From positions 1-50,085 of the forward strand of contig DATBSL010000034.1 of NCBI GenBank assembly GCA_036559805.1: a stretch of DNA of 50,085 nucleotides, read 5' to 3'. Source of the stretch: Vicinamibacteria bacterium. GTDB lineage: Bacteria; Acidobacteriota; Vicinamibacteria; Fen-336. The notes beneath the pieces were generated by a model. That model did no database searches, had not been told where the DNA came from, and saw nothing but the letters and a program-made list of their open reading frames with translations. Below, piece by piece: positions 27,234 to 35,700 of the stretch. Both the position numbers and the translations under genes were made by a program. The stretch's first letter is position 1. Every line of letters begins with the position of its first letter.

Positions 27234-27980
27234 ATGCCGAAGCGTTCTGCCGTGTGGAGCGCGACGTTCGCCGTCGCGGGCCTGGTCGTCGCCGGCACCG
27301 CCCGTTCCGCAGAAACCGGCTCCGTTCCGATCTTCAACGGCCGGGATCTCTCGGGCTGGGAGGTCCCCGCCGGCGACAACGGTCATTGGAAGGTCGTCGA
27401 CGGCGTGATCGACTACGACGCGGCCAGCGAGGCGACCGGAGACAAGAGCCTCTGGACCCAGAAAGAGTACGGCGACTTCGTGCTGCGGCTCGAGTGGCGC
27501 ATCAAGGAGACGCCCTACGTCAACCCCAACGTCCCGATCATCCGCCAGGACGGGAGCCACAAGAAGGGTCCGGACGGCAAGGAGATCAAGCTCCAGGTGC
27601 CCGACTCCGACTCCGGCGTCTACCTGCGCGGCTCGAGCAAGTCGCAGGTCAACATCTGGTGCTGGCCGACGGGCTCGGGCGAGGTCTACGGCTACCGGAT
27701 GGACACGAAGCTGCCAGCCGCGGTGCGCGCCGGCGTCACGCCGCGAGCCAACGCCGACAAGGACGTGGGCGAGTGGAACACGTTCGAGATCACGATGAAG
27801 GGCGACCGGCTCACGGTCGTCCTGAACGGGATCACGGTGCTCGACAATGCCCAGCTCCCCGAAGTGCCAGCCAAGGGCCCGATCGGCCTGCAGCACCACG
27901 GAGACAAGAAGAACGGCGTCTGGACCAGCCCGCCGGCACTCGTTCAGTTCAGGAACATCTCGGTGCAGGAACTGAAATAG
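27234..27980 (+). CDS. DUF1080 (3-keto-disaccharide hydrolase-like, concanavalin-type) secreted protein
   Basis: It has a signal peptide. Motifs are PIFNGRDLSGWEV, HWKVVDGVI, YGDFVLRLEWR, WNTFEI and GPIGLQHHG. Confidence 0.88.
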   Translation: MPKRSAVWSATFAVAGLVVAGTARSAETGSVPIFNGRDLSGWEVPAGDNGHWKVVDGVIDYDAASEATGDKSLWTQKEYGDFVLRLEWRIKETPYVNPNVPIIRQDGSHKKGPDGKEIKLQVPDSDSGVYLRGSSKSQVNIWCWPTGSGEVYGYRMDTKLPAAVRAGVTPRANADKDVGEWNTFEITMKGDRLTVVLNGITVLDNAQLPEVPAKGPIGLQHHGDKKNGVWTSPPALVQFRNISVQELK

Positions 27981-28040
27981 GCAACGGATCGACAACCAAC
28001 AACACCCGCCGTCCGGACCGCCCCGACAAGCCACAACAAC

Positions 28041-28130
28041 TCAGGGGGGCATGGGGGGACGAAGTCCCCCCATCTCAAGAACGCAAGCGTGGACGCGCCC
28101 CTTCGAGAGCCCCTATTGAGGAGTGACGGG
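28041..28130 (+). repeat. roughly 90-nt conserved intergenic element, copy 2
   Basis: See 4301-4390. It contains the hairpin GGGGGGAC (28053-28060), loop GAA, GTCCCCCC (28064-28071), preceded by a second G6 run. It lies in the 254-nt gap between DUF1080 and the small lipoprotein gene. Confidence 0.65.
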
Positions 28131-28197
28131 CCGACCAGGCCTGGGACCGACGAGCCGAAGTAAGCGAACAGACCGACCACGCAAGCCGACGAACCAT

Positions 28198-28230
28198 GCG
28201 GGGGGTTTCAGCACCCCCCGCACCCCCCGC
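28198..28230. terminator. GC hairpin with a duplicated 3' arm, immediately after the lipoprotein gene stop on the minus strand
   Basis: GCGGGGGGT (28198-28206), loop TTCAGC, ACCCCCCGC (28213-28221), then a tandem second ACCCCCCGC (28222-28230). The stem is 9 bp, and there are two alternative pairings. Confidence 0.5.
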
Positions 28231-28234
28231 TAGC

Positions 28235-28525
28235 CTAGGGGCACAGCTGCGCCACGCGGTCGACCTGGGTCTTGAGCGTGTCGAGGATCTGGTGGCTCGC
28301 CTGGGCTTTCGCGTTCTGGCGCGCCTCGTCGATCTGGCGGTAGGCCTCGGGGACGAGCGGCTTGGCGACCGCGCAGTCCGTCGCGTTGCGGATCACCTCG
28401 TTCGCCGCGGCCGAGGCGGCCTTGACGACCTCGTTGTCGGCGGCGAGGTTTTCCATCTTCGCCTGCTTCTCCTCGCAGCCGAGGCAGCTGATCGACAGGA
28501 GCGTCGCTACGAGAGCTCGCTTCAT
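28235..28525 (-). CDS. small secreted or lipoprotein-like protein, hypothetical
   Basis: ORF 28235..28525(-). It has a GGAGGG Shine-Dalgarno and the signal MKRALVATLLSISCLGC followed by a helical Ala/Gln-rich body. Confidence 0.65.
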   Translation of the reverse strand: MKRALVATLLSISCLGCEEKQAKMENLAADNEVVKAASAAANEVIRNATDCAVAKPLVPEAYRQIDEARQNAKAQASHQILDTLKTQVDRVAQLCP

Positions 28526-28608
28526 GGGTTTCCCTCCGATCTCATGAGACGCTGAAGATAACCCGCCGCCTTGACCCGCGGCCAGCCCATCGCGACACTC
28601 TCCCCCGC

Positions 28609-30336
28609 TTGAGAATCCTGCTCCCCGCTGCGTTCGCCCTTCTCTGCCTGGCCAATGGCGGCACGCCCCAGGCCACGACTCCGCCCCGGGTGGCCACCCC
28701 GGCGCAGCCGCGGTTCCGCCTGACCGACGCGACCGCCGGGTCGGGCCTCGACTTCGTTCACTTCAGCGGCGCGCGGGACCGCAAGGACTACATCTTCGAG
28801 GCCAAGGGCGGGGGCGCCGCGGCCCTCGACATCGACAACGACGGCTGGCTGGACGTCGTGTTCGCGCAGGGCTCGACGCTCGAGCGGCACCGCTCGGGCT
28901 CGAGCCCCGGGCCCGCCGTCTACCGCAACCGGGGGGATGGAAGCTTCGAGAACGTGAGCGCGCGCGCCGGCCTCGCGGCGCGCGGCTGGGGCATGGGCGT
29001 CGCCGCCGCGGACTACGACAACGACGGCTTCACGGACCTCTACCTCACGAACCTGGGGCCCGACGTCCTCTACCGCAACAACGGCGACGGCAGCTTCAGC
29101 GACGTCACGGCGCGCACGGGCCTGAGCGTTCCCGGCTGGAGCGCGTCGGCAGCCTTCTTCGACGCCGACCGCGACGGCTTCCTCGACCTCTACGTCGCGC
29201 GCTACCTCGACGTCGGCCCCGACGCGCTGCCCCAGGAGCGCGGCGGCGGCAGCTGCAGCTACCTCGGCGTGAGTGTCCTCTGCGGTCCGCGCGGCCTGCC
29301 GGGCGCCCCGGACGCGTTCTTCAGGAACCACGCCGGCGGGCGCTTCGAGGAGCAGAGCGAGGCCTCGGGCCTCGTGGACCGCGAGCGCTACTTCGGCCTC
29401 GGTGTCGTGGCGAGCGACCTCGACGGCGACGGCGACACGGACCTGTACGTGGGCAACGACGCGACGCCGAGCCTGCTGTTCGTGAACCGGGGCGACGGCC
29501 GCTTCGACGAGCGCGGGCTCTCGAGCGGGCTCGCGCTCTCCGGCGACGGCAACGAGCAGGCGAGCATGGGTGTCGACGCCGCGGACTACGACAACGACGG
29601 CCGCCCCGACGTCTACGCCACCCACTTCGCGAGCGACTACTCGACGCTCTACCGCAACACGGGCGGCCTGCAGTTCGACGACGTGACGCTGCGCGCCCGT
29701 ATCCGCGACACCGCCTACGTCAGCTGGGGCACCCGCTTCGTCGACCTCGACCACGACGGCTGGAAGGACCTGGTCAAGGTCAACGGGCACGTCTACCCGC
29801 ACCTGCGCGGCGCCGCGAGCGGAGAGCGCTACGAGCAGCCGGCGCTCACCGTGTACCTCAACGAGCGCGACGGCACGTTCCGGACGGCGAGCGGGGAGAT
29901 CGGAAAGGACGCCTCGAAGCCGGTCGTCGGCCGCGGCGCCGCATTCGCCGACTTCGACAACGACGGCGACGTGGACGTGCTGGTGGCGTGCCTCGACTCG
30001 CCGCCGCTCTTGCTGCGCAACGACCAGGCCGCGAAGCGGCACTGGCTGATGCTGCGCACCGTCGGCCGGCGCAGCAACCGTGACGGCATGGGCGCCCGCG
30101 TCAGCGTCCGCACGGGCGCGCTCGAGCAGACCTGGGAGATCAAGCGCACGGTCGGGATCTTCTCGGCCAGCGACCCGCGCGCCCACTTCGGCCTCGGGGA
30201 CGCGACGAAGGTCGACCTGCTGCGCATCGCCTGGCCGAGCGGGAAGCTGGACGAGTTCAGGGACGTGGCCGCCGACGCCCACTACCTGGTGGACGAGGAG
30301 AAGGGCCTCTCGCGCGAGCCGATGCGCGGCCGCTGA
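28609..30336 (+). CDS. CRTAC1/ASPIC-UnbV family protein with FG-GAP/VCBS repeats
   Basis: It has repeated DxDxDGxxD calcium-type loops (DIDNDGWLDV, DYDNDGFTDL, DADRDGFLDL, DLDGDGDTDL, DYDNDGRPDV, DFDNDGDVDV). The UnbV_ASPIC-like C-terminus is NRDGMGARVSVRTG...SASDPRAHFGLG. The start is TTG with no Shine-Dalgarno, so it is uncertain. Confidence 0.85.
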   Translation: MRILLPAAFALLCLANGGTPQATTPPRVATPAQPRFRLTDATAGSGLDFVHFSGARDRKDYIFEAKGGGAAALDIDNDGWLDVVFAQGSTLERHRSGSSPGPAVYRNRGDGSFENVSARAGLAARGWGMGVAAADYDNDGFTDLYLTNLGPDVLYRNNGDGSFSDVTARTGLSVPGWSASAAFFDADRDGFLDLYVARYLDVGPDALPQERGGGSCSYLGVSVLCGPRGLPGAPDAFFRNHAGGRFEEQSEASGLVDRERYFGLGVVASDLDGDGDTDLYVGNDATPSLLFVNRGDGRFDERGLSSGLALSGDGNEQASMGVDAADYDNDGRPDVYATHFASDYSTLYRNTGGLQFDDVTLRARIRDTAYVSWGTRFVDLDHDGWKDLVKVNGHVYPHLRGAASGERYEQPALTVYLNERDGTFRTASGEIGKDASKPVVGRGAAFADFDNDGDVDVLVACLDSPPLLLRNDQAAKRHWLMLRTVGRRSNRDGMGARVSVRTGALEQTWEIKRTVGIFSASDPRAHFGLGDATKVDLLRIAWPSGKLDEFRDVAADAHYLVDEEKGLSREPMRGR

Positions 30337-30344
30337 GCTCCGCC

Positions 30345-30372
30345 GCTCAACTCGGGGCGCCCCGAGTTGCAG
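30345..30372. repeat. 28-nt palindrome-containing repeat, copy 2; overlaps the stop codon and last codons of the SSS gene between convergent genes
   Basis: Identical to 3144-3171. On the minus strand it encodes ...ATRGAPS* of the 30347..32062 gene. It starts 9 nt after the CRTAC1 stop. Confidence 0.8.
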
Positions 30373-32062
30373 CAGGCGTTACCGGCGCCACCAGGCTCAA
30401 GCCCCAGCCGACGACGAGGACGACCGTGGCGCCGACCACGTTGTGCCAGAGGAACGAGATCTCCGGCCGGCCGAGGGCCACGCCCGCGACCGCGGCCATC
30501 CCCGCCAGCAGGCCGACGAAGGCGGCCGTACCGCTCGCGCGCCGGACGAGGACCGCGAGCGCGAAGACGCCCAGGATCGAGCCGTAGAAGAAGGACCCGA
30601 AGCGGTTCACGACCTCGATCAGCGACCCCAGCGTGCTGGCGTAGACCGCAACGAAGCAGGCCAGTACTCCCCAGAGCGCCGTCGCCACCCGCGCGGCTGT
30701 CAGGTAGTGTGCATCGTCCGCGGCGGGCCGGAAGTGCCGCTTGTAGAAGTCCACCACCGTGGCTGTCGCGAGCGAGTTGAGCTCGGCGGCGATGCTGTCC
30801 ATCGCCGCGGTGATGATCGCCACGATCCAGAGCCCCACCAGCCCCACCGGCATGGCGGTCAGGATGAACGTGGGAAAGATGTAATTGACGTCGGTGAAGC
30901 TGCCCGACCCGCTCGAGCGTCTCGCCAGCTCGAGCGCCCGCCCGCGCGCCGCCACGACCTCGGCCTCGCACCGCCGCAGCTCGTCGGCCGCCTGGCGTAA
31001 GCGCTCGGGTGCTCCCTCCGCCCGCGCCCGCTCGAACTCCCGCGCCGCGGCTCGCCGCATGTCGTGGGCGGCCCGGTGCTCCGCCTCGATCGCGAGGTAC
31101 CGCGGAGCCTCGGCACCCGCCCGCAGCCGCGCGTCGGCCGCCGGGTGGAACAGCACGGGCGGCCGGTGAAAGACGTAGTACGCGAAGGTGAGCACGCCGA
31201 CCGCGAGCACGAGCGCCTGCAGCGGGATCTTCCAGTAGGCGCTCATCAGCAGCGACGAGCGCGCCTCGCCGAGCGAGCGCGCGGTCAGGTAGCGCTGCAC
31301 CTGGCTCTGGTCGCAGCCGAAGTAGGACAGCATCAGGAAGAAGCCCCCGAGCATGCCCGACCAGAAGGTGTAGGTTTCGTCGAGACGGAAGCTGAAGTCG
31401 AAGGCGTCGAGCCGCCCGGTGGTGCCGGCGACGTGGAGCGCTCCGAGCGCGCCCACGCCGTCCGGCAGCCCCAGCAGCAGCACCACCACGGCGGCGACCA
31501 GGACGAACACGGTGAGGCCCATCACCTTCACGTCCGTCCACGTCACGGCCTGGACCCCGCCGAGCATCGTGTACACGACGGCCGGCGCACCGATGGCGAG
31601 AGCCGTGAGCGTGACGTTCCAGCCCAGCATCACGGCCAGCACCACCGCGGGAGCCGCCACGATCACGCTGCAGGAGAGCCCCCGCGAGAGCAGGAACAGC
31701 AGGCTGGTGAGCGCGCGCGTCTTCGCGTCGAAGCGCCGCTCCAGATACTCGTAGGCGGTGTAGACGCGAGCCTTGTAGAAGAAGGGCACGAGCGTCACGG
31801 ACAGAACGATCATCGCCAGCGGCAGCCCGAAGTAGAACTGCAGAAAGCGCACGCCGTCCGAGTAGCCCTGCCCGGTGGTCCCGACGAGCGTGATGGCGCT
31901 GAGCTGGGTCGCCATCACCGAGAGCCCCACGGCCCACCACGGCAGGCTGCGGTTGGCGAGGAAGAAGCTCTCGGTAGTGCGCTCGAGGCGGGTGCGCTTC
32001 GCGCCGTCCCAGACGAGCCACGCGATGTAGCCGACGACGATCGCCCAGTCGATCGGGTGCAC
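30347..32062 (-). CDS. sodium:solute symporter (SSS family)
   Basis: ORF 30347..32062(-), GTG start, polytopic. Motifs are FFLANRSLPWWAVGLSVMATQLSAITLVGTTGQGY and YTAYEYLERRFD. A roughly 90-aa helical Arg/Ala/Glu-rich loop is inserted mid-protein. Confidence 0.88.
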   Translation of the reverse strand: MHPIDWAIVVGYIAWLVWDGAKRTRLERTTESFFLANRSLPWWAVGLSVMATQLSAITLVGTTGQGYSDGVRFLQFYFGLPLAMIVLSVTLVPFFYKARVYTAYEYLERRFDAKTRALTSLLFLLSRGLSCSVIVAAPAVVLAVMLGWNVTLTALAIGAPAVVYTMLGGVQAVTWTDVKVMGLTVFVLVAAVVVLLLGLPDGVGALGALHVAGTTGRLDAFDFSFRLDETYTFWSGMLGGFFLMLSYFGCDQSQVQRYLTARSLGEARSSLLMSAYWKIPLQALVLAVGVLTFAYYVFHRPPVLFHPAADARLRAGAEAPRYLAIEAEHRAAHDMRRAAAREFERARAEGAPERLRQAADELRRCEAEVVAARGRALELARRSSGSGSFTDVNYIFPTFILTAMPVGLVGLWIVAIITAAMDSIAAELNSLATATVVDFYKRHFRPAADDAHYLTAARVATALWGVLACFVAVYASTLGSLIEVVNRFGSFFYGSILGVFALAVLVRRASGTAAFVGLLAGMAAVAGVALGRPEISFLWHNVVGATVVLVVGWGLSLVAPVTPAATRGAPS

Positions 32063-32194
32063 GGGGCCGAGCCGCCGTCAGGCCGAGCCGAAGTAGCGGC
32101 CGGCGGCCCAGAGCGCCAGCAGCACGAGGATCTCCAGCGCGAGAACCTTCGCGACCGTCCGAGTCAGGAACGCGCTCCCGCTTCGACCCGCTCG

Positions 32195-32716
32195 CTACTG
32201 GACCTGGACCCAGTGGCGGCCGGCGTAGAGCCGGCTCGCAGCGTCCTTGGTGACCACCTGCAGCGGCACCGGCCGCTCGATCGCGGCGTCGTGGGCTGCG
32301 GCCGTCTCGCCCACCTTGGCCCCGCCGACGTCGTAGACGAGAAGCGTGGCTGCGCTCTCGGGCGTCTGCCCCTTCCTGAGGCCGAAGCCGTAGGCGCCCG
32401 CCGGGATCCTGGCGTCTCCGAGCGTCACCGGCCGCTCGAAGATCAGCATGCCGATGTACTTCGCCTGGATCTCGGCGCTGTAGCCGGTCGTGTCGAGCAG
32501 CGAGAACACGAGCCGCTTGCCGGCCTGGTCCTTGAGCATCACGGTGTTCCGCTTCTGGGTCGGAATCGAGTTGCCTTCCAGGTAGAAGTCACGGACGTAC
32601 GCGCTGTCGAACGGCTTGCCAGCGAGCTTCTCGAACTGCGCCGCTGCCGGCGTAGCGAGCGCCAGCGCCGCCACAGCGGCCAGCGTCACGGCGCCTGCCG
32701 ACGGGAGTCTCTTCAT
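32195..32716 (-). CDS. secreted hypothetical protein
   Basis: ATG 32716 has an AGGAG Shine-Dalgarno. The signal peptide is MKRLPSAGAVTLAAVAALALATPAAA. The body is beta-rich. Confidence 0.65.
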   Translation of the reverse strand: MKRLPSAGAVTLAAVAALALATPAAAQFEKLAGKPFDSAYVRDFYLEGNSIPTQKRNTVMLKDQAGKRLVFSLLDTTGYSAEIQAKYIGMLIFERPVTLGDARIPAGAYGFGLRKGQTPESAATLLVYDVGGAKVGETAAAHDAAIERPVPLQVVTKDAASRLYAGRHWVQVQ

Positions 32717-32753
32717 TTGTCTCTCCTTGGTTGCGCGGACCACGAGGATACCT

Positions 32754-35700
32754 CTATCGCTCGACCACCGTGACGCTCAGCCGCTTCTCCGCTCCGCCCC
32801 GGCTCAGCACGACGGCGACGGTCTGACCCGGAGACAGCGCGCGCAGGATCGCCGAGTAGCCCGGGAGATCGGCGACGTCCTGGCCGTCGAGCTGCAGGAT
32901 CACGTCGTTCTCCAAGACGCCGGCCTTCTCCGCGGGAGAGCCGGGCACGACGCTCGCCACTCTCACGCCCGGGCCCGGGAACGCGAAGTCGGGCATGGTG
33001 CCGAAGCTCACGCGGCGGCCCTGGCTCGCCCCCGGGGGCACCGCGGGTGCCGTGCTTTTCGAGCTCGCGGCTTCCGGCGCCTGCGGCGATGCGCCTTTCA
33101 TCGAGCCGATCGTGTTCGTGAGCGGCTGTGGCCGCTCTCCCAGATAGGCGATGCCTTCCTTCACGTAGGTCGCGACCTTCACAAGCCCGGGGCCGTCGAT
33201 CCTGTCGGCGCTGTCGCCGGGGCGGTGGTAGTCGGTGTGCGGCTCGGTGAAGATCTGAACCGCCGGCACGCCCTTGTCGATGAAGCTCTTCTGGTCGGAG
33301 GAGTCGAGCCCGTCCGGGATCATCCGGCCGTCGACGCCGGTGACGAAGCCGGCCCCGCGGAAGATGTGCTGCCACTCGGACGCGCTGCCCGTCGCCAGCA
33401 CCGAGACCTTGCCGCTGCCCAGCCGCCCCACCGTGTCGAGGTTGATCACGCCGATCGTCTTGTCGAGCGGGAAGGGCGGCTTCTCGACGTAGCGGCGCGA
33501 TCCCAGCATGCCGGCCTCCTCGCCCGCGAACGCCACGAACACGAGCGTGCGCTGCGGCCGCTCGCCCGCCGCGAGCGTCTTCGCGAGCTCGAGCATCACC
33601 GCGACGCCGCTGGCGTTGTCGTCGGCGCCCGGGTGCAGCCGGCCCTCGTCGCCCTTGTGCACGTCGGGCCAGCCGGAGCCCAGGTGGTCGTAGTGAGCCG
33701 TGAGCAGCGCCGACTGCCCTGCCCACTCCGGCTTCGACCCTGGTAGCACCCCGATCACGTTGCGCAGACGAACCGGCGCACCCGACGGCGAGCGGCTCGA
33801 CTCGAACGATTGGAAGTACGTGCCGGAGTCCCCGCTCGGCTGCAGCCCGATCGCCTGGAACCGGGACGCGACGTACTCGGCCGCCGCCTCGAGGCCCTTC
33901 GTCCCGAGGCCGCGGCCCTCGCGCTCCGGCGCCGCGAGCCAGGCCACGTGCTCGAGAAGCGCCTTCTGCGAGAAGACGGGCGGCAGCTCCGCGAGCGCCT
34001 TGCGGGGCTCGGGCGCGAGTGCTGCGAGTGCTGCGACGCGTGCGGCTTGCGGCCGCAGGTCCACGCGCAGCGGCGAGTCGGTGGCCGTCCACTGTCCCTT
34101 CAGGTCGTTCGCCGGCTCGTCGCCCTCGAACGCCAGGTACGAGTACTTGCCGTAGTGCGGCAGCTTGCGGCCGAGGCCCGGCAGGGCGGCGAGGCGGTCG
34201 GCGAAGACGAAGCCTACGGCCTTCTCGAGGTTCGACGGGTGACGGCGGACGAGGACAAGGGCGTGATCCGCGAGCGGCACGCTCTCGCGGTCGGCCGTGA
34301 GCCTCGTCTCGTCCAGCGTGTAGTCGGCGCCGGAGGCGAAAAGGCGCGAGGCGAAGGCGTTGCGGCTGCCGAGGATCCAGACGGCGCGGTCCTTCGGCAG
34401 CTCGCGAACCTCGGCGTCGGTGCGGATCTCCGGCTGGTGGCTGTCGCTGCGCCAGCCCTCGACCAGTGCGCGCCACGCGGCCTGCTCGGCGGCTGTTGCC
34501 TTGGCCGGCAGCAGGGCCAGGACCTTCGGCTCTCCGAAGATCTGCCCGATCGAGGCCGGGGTCTCGCGCGGGTCGAGCAGGCGAAAGACGTCGAAGCTGG
34601 GGTCGACGTGCAGCGCGAGCGGCGCCGCTTCCGCCGGAATGCGGAAGTCCAGCTTCGCTCCCTCGAGCCGTAGCGTCGTCCGCGCGGGGGCGCCCGCCGT
34701 CTGCACCACGAGCGGCACGTCGAGCGCGAGCGGCGGTCCCGGCTGCGTCTGCTCGAGCGTGCCGGCCACCTCGTGGCCGCCCGCGCTCGTCCCGGCCACC
34801 CGAGCCGAAACGCGCAGGACGGCCGCCCCGGCCCGCGTGACGTGATCGGCGAAGAGCCGGCCGAGGTCCTGCTTCGAGACGCTCTCCATCCCCTTGCGGA
34901 CGTCGCTCCACGAGGCCTGCCGGCCGCGGTTCTCGCGGTAGAAGCGGGCGGCCCACTGCCGGAAGCCGTCGTCGCCGAGGCGCTGGCGCAGCATGTGGAA
35001 GAGCATGAGCGTCTTGCCGTAGCCGACCGCCTCGGTGGCGGCGCTCTCGCGCGAGCGGAACTCCGCGAGCGGGAAGTCGCGGCCCTCTTTCACGTAGCTC
35101 CGGTACTTCGCGAGCGTGTCGCGGCGGTACTCGTCGCCGCGCCCGCGCTGCTCCTGGATCAGGTAGTCCGCCAGGTAGGCCGTGAGCCCCTCGGACCAGT
35201 TCCCGCTCGCGTAGTCGACGAAGACGCCGCTGCCCCACCAGTTGTGCAGGATCTCGTGGGGATAGGAGGACGTCAGGATGAACGGGAAGCGGATCACCTG
35301 GGGGCCGAGCAGCGTGTAGGAGGGCATGCCGTAGCCCGTCTCCCAGAAGTTCTCGACGAGCGCGAACTTGCCGTAGGGATACGGACCGACGAGGCCGCGG
35401 TACATCTCGAGGTACTGCGCCGTCGCCTCGAGGTACTTCGCGGCGAGCGAGTCGTCCTTCTGGCGCAGGTAGGCGAGCGTCTCGACGGCCCCGGCCGACT
35501 CGCGGTACACGACGAGCGGGCCGCCGACGAGCGTGATCTCGTCGACGGGTCCCTGCGAGTCCCAGCGCGCGCGGCCGTCCGCGTCGCGCGAGCGGCCCTT
35601 GCCCGGAGCGATCAGGTGCCAGCCCTCGGGCTGTGAGGCGACGATCTCGAACTCGACGAGCTCCCGACTCAGGTACGGGTACCAGAACCCGCTCCCGGCC

